From IMG/VR virus record IMGVR_UViG_3300037422_000301, positions 1 to 36,274 of that record: a stretch of 36,274 nt of DNA; one strand, given 5' to 3'. A program made the position numbers and the translations under genes. The notes beneath the pieces were generated by a model that worked only from the letters and a program-made list of their open reading frames with translations, was not told where the DNA came from and made no database searches. The stretch comes from a virus (Duplodnaviria > Caudoviricetes). Within the stretch, counting starts at the first letter, position 1; each line of letters opens with the position of its first letter. Positions 1 to 5,833 of the stretch are shown piece after piece.

Positions 1-229
1 CCGCAGCGCCGCCACACTTTGCAAAGCAAACCGTCGCGTCAGTGCAAGCCCGCGTTGACTTTGACAGGTCGCAGCATGACGGCTTCTCCGGGCAAGTTTC
101 GCTGCCCATCTGCATTGTCTGCGATGCAAATAACACCGCTGTGGCCTGGATAGGCGCCAACAGTAAGCCAAGTGCAATAAGCACGCCAATTAGCATGCGG
201 CATGTCCGCCATGGCCCAGTGAACGTCAT
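1..229 (-). CDS. Partial Cys-rich protein with N-terminal hydrophobic helix (CopL/DUF2946-like), runs off left edge
   Basis: Not in the ORF track because it has no stop in the window. Manual translation from ATG 229: MTFTGPWRTCRMLIGVLIALGLLLAPIQATAVLFASQTMQMGSETCPEKPSCCDLSKSTRACTDATVCFAKCGGAA. Family call is by resemblance only. Confidence 0.55.
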   Translation of the reverse strand, partial: MTFTGPWRTCRMLIGVLIALGLLLAPIQATAVLFASQTMQMGSETCPEKPSCCDLSKSTRACTDATVCFAKCGGAA

Positions 230-344
230 CCTTTCCGGATAACAGCGGATCTAATGCCGGTCAAGTCACACTCGCGCGAGTTTACCATGGTCAATGTGGC
301 CCCTATGCGGTTGAATTCTGGGGTTGCTTCAAACTGCACCATAG

Positions 345-441
345 CCCGCCCTATCGCCTCGGTGATCTGCGGGACGACGGCGTCGCCGTAGGCGGCGAGG
401 ACGGCGCGGCCAAGGCCGCGGTGAGAAGCCAGCGCTTCGGA
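345..441. repeat. Direct repeat copy 1: orphan 3' end (motif X) of the C5 methyltransferase gene
   Basis: 91 of 97 bp identical to 2516-2612 by manual alignment. On the minus strand it encodes SEALASHRGLGRAVLAAYGDAVVPQITEAIGR. Confidence 0.95.
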
Positions 442-461
442 TATCCGAATCATCTTGCGGC

Positions 462-1916
462 TTACCGGGCGCGTCGGCGCGACTTTGGCTTGTCGGCTGC
501 CTCAATGACCATCAGCACAATTTTCGCGATGACCTGAGCGGTGGTCGCCGCGTCATTTAGGCTGTCAAAATCCGCCCGCGTGAGCCCCATGGGCAACGCG
601 CCCGCTTTGTCCAGCCGCGCCCAAATCTGAGCAGCGGCACCGCCCGTCGCGCCAATAGATACGATTACCCGCCCCAATCTCTTTGCGCTCTCGAATTCTT
701 CGAGAACCCCGTCGGCGACGACTGGCGCTCCCTTGCCCGCCGACTCCTTCAATCCGCAGATGAAAACGCAAACACCGGCTTGCTGGATCATGGCGTCGCG
801 ATATCTGGCATGGAACGCGGCTTTGTCCATGCCTGGCGGTGCCTCCTGCGGAAACGGTCGCAACAGCAGGCTCTTATCGAGATTCGGCGCGGCCTCTTTG
901 AGGACCACCCCCAATGCGCCCGCAATCGCCGCGCTTCCGACCACCAGGCCAAATCCTGAAATCAGCCGTTTCTCGCGTTCCGCAATCACTCGACCCACTT
1001 CGCGTGCGACATCCTCAATATAGTGGCGCTGCCCGTCAGGTGCTGATGGAGGTAGGCTTCCTGATACGAAAACACTGCGGCCCGCGAGCTTCAATTCCAC
1101 TGCGTGAAGAAGTTCTTCGACTTCCTCATATTCATCGACCTCAACGCATTGAATGCCGTATCGCTGAAGGTCCTGAACCCAAAGCGAATGGCGAATCTTC
1201 TCGGTCTCAAAACGTTTCTTCGCGCCCGCGCCGGTGCCCTTCTTGGGCCGGCGCACGATCGCGTAGTGCTCCGGTCCGTCGTCCTTGAACGACTCACGGA
1301 TGCTCGCGAAGAGGTGTCCGATGTTCGGATCGGTGAAGCTAAAGCCCAAGAATAGAATCTGCTTCGTCACCAGTTGACCGGTTAACACCTGAAGGAAGCC
1401 GGGACGCTCACGACGGTACAGCTCGTAATCGTCTTTCGCTATCACAACCTCGGTCGGGTGATCGATTGATCCGTGCATCTTGTAGAGGATCGCATGCGCC
1501 CACGGCTTATCAACGCCCAGATCGGCGTTCCGCGATTTCACATCAAGCTGCTTGCGCTCTTGCTCCCAAGCGATCTCCGCCAGCGTGTCATAATTGGTGG
1601 TCCAAACATGTCGGATTGGTAGCCGGGCCAGAACGCGGAAGGGCTCCGGGGCATCCGGCTTTGGTGGGAAATGATCGACGATGAGTTTGGTCAGGGCGTT
1701 CCGCTTGCCGGTAGCCTTGTTGAGGGCATATTGGGCAACGGCCGCGAGATCGTGCTCGGCTTCGATGTCGAGGCCGAGTTCCGCGGCGATATCGGAAAGG
1801 AGGGATCGCCAGTCAGGATAACCAGCCCTGCGCGACAGGCCTGCACCAATAAATGCGCCGGCCGAGCCAAGTTCCAGGCTCTTCGCCCATTGTTCAATGA
1901 ATTTGGCCGCTTCCAT
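462..1916 (-). CDS. thsA: Thoeris type I effector ThsA (SIR2 NADase + SLOG/STALD)
   Basis: SIR2 motifs GAGLS, TTNYD, KMHG, FLGFSFTD. C-terminal STALD motifs VFVSGS, ISGFGLVVG, LRPFPQ, DGVLEEF, IGATGG. Start moved to ATG 1916, which has an upstream GAGG. Confidence 0.92.
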   Translation of the reverse strand: MEAAKFIEQWAKSLELGSAGAFIGAGLSRRAGYPDWRSLLSDIAAELGLDIEAEHDLAAVAQYALNKATGKRNALTKLIVDHFPPKPDAPEPFRVLARLPIRHVWTTNYDTLAEIAWEQERKQLDVKSRNADLGVDKPWAHAILYKMHGSIDHPTEVVIAKDDYELYRRERPGFLQVLTGQLVTKQILFLGFSFTDPNIGHLFASIRESFKDDGPEHYAIVRRPKKGTGAGAKKRFETEKIRHSLWVQDLQRYGIQCVEVDEYEEVEELLHAVELKLAGRSVFVSGSLPPSAPDGQRHYIEDVAREVGRVIAEREKRLISGFGLVVGSAAIAGALGVVLKEAAPNLDKSLLLRPFPQEAPPGMDKAAFHARYRDAMIQQAGVCVFICGLKESAGKGAPVVADGVLEEFESAKRLGRVIVSIGATGGAAAQIWARLDKAGALPMGLTRADFDSLNDAATTAQVIAKIVLMVIEAADKPKSRRRAR

Positions 1917-1996
1917 TCGGAAAGTCCTCACCGCATAGTAGTGACATCCTAGCACAACTTGACGTAATGTCGCTCCATCAGACGGAGCGAATCGCA
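1917..1996. promoter_or_regulatory. 80-bp divergent thsA/thsB control region
   Basis: Minus-strand extended -10-like TGCTAGGAT (1954-1946). Inverted repeat TCGCTCC-N7-GGAGCGA (1970-1990) overlaps the thsB RBS. Confidence 0.5.
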
Positions 1997-2485
1997 ATGG
2001 CCCGACGGACCTTTTTCAGCTTTCACTTTGAACGTGACAATTGGCGGGCTGGGCAGGTCCGCAATTCCTGGGTCACGAAGGACCGAGAAGACGCTGGCTT
2101 CTGGGATTCTGCGGCTTGGGAGGAAGTGAAGAAAAAGGGCACCGACGCAATCGAGAAGTGGATCGATGAGCAACTCAAGGGCACCTCAGTCACCGTGGTG
2201 CTGATTGGCGCGGAAACATCCCAACGCGAATATGTTGGCTATGAAATAAAACAGAGCCATGGCAAAGGCAACGGCATGTTCGGCATCTACATTCACAACA
2301 TGAAGGATTCGAACAGCCGAACGGACACAAAGGGCGCTAACCCCTTCGCAAATTGGAGCATCCAGCAAAACGGCCAGAAGGTTCTGCTATCTGATATATA
2401 TCCGACGTACGATTGGGTGAACGACAGTGGGCGGGACAACATTGGGGCTTGGATAGAGTCAGCAGCTAAGAAGGCCGGCAAGTAA
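1997..2485 (+). CDS. thsB: Thoeris TIR-domain sensor ThsB (DUF1863/MTH538-like)
   Basis: Motifs RRTFFSFHF..DNWRAGQVRN, WIDEQLKGTSVTVVLIG and YVGYEI (catalytic Glu). GGAG RBS before ATG 1997. Adjacent to thsA. Confidence 0.92.
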   Translation: MARRTFFSFHFERDNWRAGQVRNSWVTKDREDAGFWDSAAWEEVKKKGTDAIEKWIDEQLKGTSVTVVLIGAETSQREYVGYEIKQSHGKGNGMFGIYIHNMKDSNSRTDTKGANPFANWSIQQNGQKVLLSDIYPTYDWVNDSGRDNIGAWIESAAKKAGK

Positions 2486-3713
2486 TAAGACCTGCCGCAT
2501 CCGCACGCCTAACAACCCACCCTATCACCTCGGTGATCTGCGGGACGACGGCATCGCCGTAGGCGGCGAGGATGGAGCGGCCAAGGCCGCGGCGAGAAGC
2601 CAGCGCTTCGGAAAGCCCATCATCCACTCGACCAAGTTCAGGAGGCCCGCCGTTCCAGTGCCGGAACGCGCCGAGTAAGTTGTCAATGGGGGCGTGTTCC
2701 GGTCCATTTGGCTCGGCCCCGCGACGTTCTTCCGGTCCTGCTTCGTCGGCGTCGGCAGCAGCCCCAATTCCTGCATCCGCTTCCTGCCGCCCGCTCCTCC
2801 TTCCAGGCGAAGGCCGCCCGATTGGGTCTGGTTCGCCGGCGTCGGCAGAAATTTCGCCGCCCAATCGTTCAGATTGCTCGCCCCATGCTTCGTCCCGTAC
2901 CGGCGCCACCGCTCCGCGTGACCCGGATTCGCATCGTGCTTCTGCGGCGTTGGCATCAGCGCCCTCTCCAATTCCGTCTGGTTCACGCCGCGCGACCGCA
3001 GGCCCGAGCACGGGCGCGGCGTGGGCATCGTGAAGTGTTTGTTCGGGTTGCCCCGCACCGCCTGGATCAGATCGCCCCGGCCGCCCCTGTCCGCATCCGA
3101 TGCGCGGCATGTCGGCAGCAGCATTCCCGCATTCATCATCCCTTGCAGCGATGGGATTTCCCCGCGCCGATCCCCGGACCTGCTCGAACCACCGCCCTTC
3201 ATCGTGTTGGGTGTTGGCAGCAATGATCCAGACCCGTTTTCGGAGATGGGGCGCACCGGCATGGACAGCACCCACCACGAGCGGCCAGACGGCGTAGCCT
3301 GCTTTTTCCAGTTCATCGTGAACCCTGTCATAGCCGCGAGCCCGGAGGCCAGGCACGTTCTCAAGGAGAACCCAACGGGGTCGCACTTCTCGCACCAGCC
3401 GCACGGCGTCAAAGAACAATCCGGTGCGCTCGCCATCGACGCCGCGCCCCTTCGTGTTCGCCGTCGAGGCGTCCTGGCAGGGCGGGCTTCCGCAGATGAT
3501 GTCGGGAAGGTATCCGAGATCGCATCGAAGCCGATCTGCGGTGAGCGTTCGGATGTCATCGTACATCCTCACGCCGGGATTGTTCTGGCCGAAGACCGCG
3601 CGCCGCCACGGGTCGATTTCGCATGCCGCAACCGTGGTGAAGCCCGCGCGATGGAGTCCTAATGACCATCCGCCGGCGGCACCGCAGAACAGATCGAGCG
3701 TCCGCCATGTCAA
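2466..3713 (-). CDS. C5-cytosine DNA methyltransferase, catalytic (alpha) polypeptide
   Basis: Motif I DLFCGAAGG, IV GSPPCQDAS, VI LENVPG, VIII GAPHLRKRVWI, X YGDAVVPQ. Motif IX is absent from this frame. TTG start overlaps the upstream stop and has a GGAGG RBS. Confidence 0.9.
   Translation of the reverse strand: MTWRTLDLFCGAAGGWSLGLHRAGFTTVAACEIDPWRRAVFGQNNPGVRMYDDIRTLTADRLRCDLGYLPDIICGSPPCQDASTANTKGRGVDGERTGLFFDAVRLVREVRPRWVLLENVPGLRARGYDRVHDELEKAGYAVWPLVVGAVHAGAPHLRKRVWIIAANTQHDEGRWFEQVRGSARGNPIAARDDECGNAAADMPRIGCGQGRPGRSDPGGAGQPEQTLHDAHAAPVLGPAVARREPDGIGEGADANAAEARCESGSRGAVAPVRDEAWGEQSERLGGEISADAGEPDPIGRPSPGRRSGRQEADAGIGAAADADEAGPEERRGAEPNGPEHAPIDNLLGAFRHWNGGPPELGRVDDGLSEALASRRGLGRSILAAYGDAVVPQITEVIGWVVRRADAAGLITCRPS
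2516..2612. repeat. Direct repeat copy 2 (inside methyltransferase 3' end)
   Basis: Matches 345-441 at offset 2171 with 6 mismatches. Confidence 0.95.
2525..3559 (-). CDS. Nested alternative-frame (beta) methyltransferase polypeptide with six PTP modules and motif IX
   Basis: 344-codon same-strand ORF inside the alpha gene, with GAGG 9 nt before the ATG. It has repeated (L/M)PTP modules and a C-terminal LNLVEWMMGFP resembling motif IX. Architecture resembles M.EcoHK31I. Confidence 0.75.
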   Translation of the reverse strand: MTSERSPQIGFDAISDTFPTSSAEARPARTPRRRTRRGAASMASAPDCSLTPCGWCEKCDPVGFSLRTCLASGLAAMTGFTMNWKKQATPSGRSWWVLSMPVRPISENGSGSLLPTPNTMKGGGSSRSGDRRGEIPSLQGMMNAGMLLPTCRASDADRGGRGDLIQAVRGNPNKHFTMPTPRPCSGLRSRGVNQTELERALMPTPQKHDANPGHAERWRRYGTKHGASNLNDWAAKFLPTPANQTQSGGLRLEGGAGGRKRMQELGLLPTPTKQDRKNVAGPSQMDRNTPPLTTYSARSGTGTAGLLNLVEWMMGFPKRWLLAAALAAPSSPPTAMPSSRRSPR

Positions 3714-3976
3714 GCAGGCCTCCCGGCGGACATCTTGAGGAGATCGGCAAGGCGGCGCGCTTCGTCGGGCGCCAGGCGAATGGCCACCTGAAACCCGTGA
3801 TCAGTGGCAATCATCATGGATAGAGGATTGTTGCCTTCCACATGTGTGATGCGGCCAGGGACGCATGTGGCCTCGGCGATGCTCCGCCGCTTCCTTTGGA
3901 GTGCCTCGGCGGATGTGTCACGGGTTGCGCCGGCAAGCGCATCGATTTCCGCTATGCCTTCGGCAATCCGTTTCAT
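3710..3976 (-). CDS. Hypothetical phage protein
   Basis: Start and stop overlap both neighbours (ATGA at 3973-3976, TTGA at 3710-3713). Confidence 0.65.
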   Translation of the reverse strand: MKRIAEGIAEIDALAGATRDTSAEALQRKRRSIAEATCVPGRITHVEGNNPLSMMIATDHGFQVAIRLAPDEARRLADLLKMSAGRPA

Positions 3977-4284
3977 GTGGACTCCGCCAGCAAGTCGATA
4001 AACGCCCCGAGCGGACCAGCGGGCCTGCCGTCATCAAGGCGAGTGAGGGCCTTGCGCAGCACGTCCGGTTCGGCGCCATGCTGCAAAGCGATGGAGGCCA
4101 CTACCGCCAGATCGCGGGCCATGGCCTCAAGCTCGGTGCCGGTCTTGCCTGTTTGCAAAAAGACCTCGCCGATCTTCCCCTCAGGCGTGAAGGACACGCT
4201 ACCGAAATACCGGAAGCCGCCATGCTCGAATCGAAATGTCTCCGATGGCCGGCGCGGCGGAAGGGGTGTTCTCATGTCGCTCAT
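3973..4284 (-). CDS. Stand-alone TSCPD-like domain protein (class II RNR C-terminal-like)
   Basis: R.PLP.RR.SETF...G.IGEVF...GK.GT.L.A...D.A...SIALQHG pattern. Start at 4284 or 4275. Confidence 0.7.
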   Translation of the reverse strand: MSDMRTPLPPRRPSETFRFEHGGFRYFGSVSFTPEGKIGEVFLQTGKTGTELEAMARDLAVVASIALQHGAEPDVLRKALTRLDDGRPAGPLGAFIDLLAEST

Positions 4285-4324
4285 GGGGAAGGATGAGGCC
4301 ACAGGGCAGGCGATTTCGTTAGGC

Positions 4325-4354
4325 GGAAACAGGAGGAAACAGGAGGAAACACAG
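4325..4354. repeat. 10-bp tandem repeat GGAAACAGGA x~3
   Basis: Sequence reads ggaaacagga ggaaacagga ggaaacacag. Confidence 0.8.
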
Positions 4355-4361
4355 GGCGCAA

Positions 4362-4601
4362 TTATTGAGGACTGTTGTTTCCGCCTGCACAGACCGCGCG
4401 CCACGCCGCGTTGTGTTCTTTCGCCTGCCGGATGGTCTCGTCAGTATCCTTCGCCGACCAACGGATCGGCTCGAACGCGGCGCAGGCCACGGTGTCATTC
4501 CCGGCGGAACCCGTCGTCGTCACGCAGCCGGGAAGGATCAGTAGCGGCGTCAGCAGCAGCGCGACGCGCAGCGCGCGCCTTGAGAATGAGATCAAGGGCA
4601 T
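4362..4601 (-). CDS. Putative o-spanin (Rz1-like lipoprotein)
   Basis: Signal peptide with lipobox LPGC, a second Cys and I..HNAAW..VC. Overlaps the upstream gene in another frame, within the lysis module. Confidence 0.7.
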   Translation of the reverse strand: MPLISFSRRALRVALLLTPLLILPGCVTTTGSAGNDTVACAAFEPIRWSAKDTDETIRQAKEHNAAWRAVCAGGNNSPQ

Positions 4602-4722
4602 GGGTCGAAGCCTCCGCAATGGCCTCGGCCCTGCCTGCACCACGCGCCTTGGAATCGCGCGCCATATCGAGGATGGCGGCGATGACCCGCGCGAGCGCCG
4701 CCAGGGCCGAGAGCCAACTCAT
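4495..4722 (-). CDS. Putative i-spanin (Rz-like)
   Basis: N-terminal hydrophobic segment, Ala/Arg-rich helix and DDGFRR end. ATGA overlap with the holin. Confidence 0.6.
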   Translation of the reverse strand: MSWLSALAALARVIAAILDMARDSKARGAGRAEAIAEASTHALDLILKARAARRAAADAATDPSRLRDDDGFRRE

Positions 4723-4925
4723 GCGATTTTCTTGGTGGCGACGATCCGGCCATAGATCGCGATGACGCTGCCGATGGCGCCCCCGATGCCGGTGATGAGT
4801 TCAACGATCTGCGCCTGATCGGCGGGCGTGATCGAATAGCCCCAGATGGCCGCGGCGCTGGCGGCAAGCGCCAGCAGACCGCCCCAAATTGTCTTGGAAG
4901 CGAAGATAGACTTCACGTCGTACAT
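4719..4925 (-). CDS. Putative holin
   Basis: Two TM segments, SKTIWG and IYGRI.A..KI motifs, follows the endolysin. GGAG RBS favours ATG 4925; 4937 is the alternative. Confidence 0.7.
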   Translation of the reverse strand: MYDVKSIFASKTIWGGLLALAASAAAIWGYSITPADQAQIVELITGIGGAIGSVIAIYGRIVATKKIA

Positions 4926-4974
4926 GATGTTCTCCATGGGAATTGCCCGAGAGCCGCTCGGGCGGCGGATGGGA

Positions 4975-5505
4975 TCACGCCTCGTTCAACGACAGGTTGC
5001 CGGTTGAAGCCAGATGGATGCGCCGCACATTTGCAGGCTGGACGTGGTAAAGCGGACGCCGCGCCGCATAGAGCCTGGACTTGGCCATGCGCTTGATGGT
5101 CACGGCATCAGATTGATTGCCGCCCAGGCAGTGAAATGCTTCGGCATCCTCGCCCACATAGAATGCCACGTGCCCGCCGCCGTTGCGGACGAAAACAAGG
5201 ACATCACCGAGCCGCGGCAGTGAAGTCGGCGCGCCGAAAGCCGACCATGAGAGCGCCCAAAGCGGATTCCGGGGGACCGTCTTTCCCGCCCGCTTCGCCA
5301 CGACGGCCATGAACAGGCCGCACCACGGAATGCTGTCGGCCTTGTAGACATCCGCGACGGCGCCGCCGACTTCCCGCGCCCATGCGACGATTTTCGGATT
5401 GTCGGCGGTGCCAGGCGCTTCGAAGGTGCCATGAAGCTTGAGAGCCTCAACAATCATCCTCGGGCCGGGCTCGCGCGCGAGCCAGCCATATTGAACCGGA
5501 AGCAT
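4975..5505 (-). CDS. Endolysin, TIGR02594 / CHAP-NlpC/P60-like
   Basis: IPWCGLF, GGGHVAF and LGGNQSD catalytic motifs. AGGAG RBS. Confidence 0.85.
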   Translation of the reverse strand: MLPVQYGWLAREPGPRMIVEALKLHGTFEAPGTADNPKIVAWAREVGGAVADVYKADSIPWCGLFMAVVAKRAGKTVPRNPLWALSWSAFGAPTSLPRLGDVLVFVRNGGGHVAFYVGEDAEAFHCLGGNQSDAVTIKRMAKSRLYAARRPLYHVQPANVRRIHLASTGNLSLNEA

Positions 5506-5516
5506 GGTTTCTCCTG

Positions 5517-5547
5517 AAATGACAAAGCCCGCGTGGAGCGCGGGCCT
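5517..5547 (-). terminator. Terminator-like hairpin upstream of the endolysin RBS
   Basis: GCCCGCG-N5-CGCGGGC (5527-5545), followed on the minus strand by TTTGTCATTT. Confidence 0.5.
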
Positions 5548-5578
5548 GATTGAACGGGAAGAATTGGCGAGTGCGCGG

Positions 5579-5830
5579 CTACGGCCTGGAACTGAATTTC
5601 ATGTAGATGAGCCCGAGGACGCCCACGACAATGATGCCAACGGCGGTGAGCAATCCATGCCGGCGGACGGCTTGCATCGATTGCCGCCATTCACGCAAAG
5701 ACGTGAAGTCTTTTTGCATTTCGATTTTCGCGGCGGGGTTCGACACGTCGGCACCAAGACTGATCATCAACTCGTGCACGGCCTCGCGGGCGGCGGTGCG
5801 GGCGATTTCGCGGATTTCTTCTTCTGTCAT
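5579..5830 (-). CDS. DUF6127-like membrane protein of the lysis region
   Basis: AAREAV..L..LG, D...LR.W and a C-terminal TM. Lies between tail fibre and endolysin. Confidence 0.65.
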   Translation of the reverse strand: MTEEEIREIARTAAREAVHELMISLGADVSNPAAKIEMQKDFTSLREWRQSMQAVRRHGLLTAVGIIVVGVLGLIYMKFSSRP

Positions 5831-5833
5831 GGC

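Noticed and set aside
226-453. 75-aa ORF as a functional gene
   Set aside because: It is the duplicated MTase tail read into unrelated sequence and contains only motif X.
345-2612. Repeat pair as a diversity-generating retroelement TR/VR (4 of 6 mismatches are A in copy 2 on the plus strand)
   Set aside because: No reverse transcriptase in the window. On the coding strand those positions are T, two mismatches are non-A, and the region is a conserved MTase motif rather than a variable ligand-binding tip.
345-2612. Repeats as attL/attR or transposon ends
   Set aside because: No recombinase or transposase between or beside them, no terminal inverted repeats, and the repeat is coding sequence. 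Trans-acting integration cannot be excluded.
4919-4963. Lambda S-type dual-start holin (Met1/Met5) with upstream hairpin 4945-4963
   Set aside because: The first ATG lacks an RBS, the extension has no basic residue, and its GGAG is simply the RBS of the second ATG.
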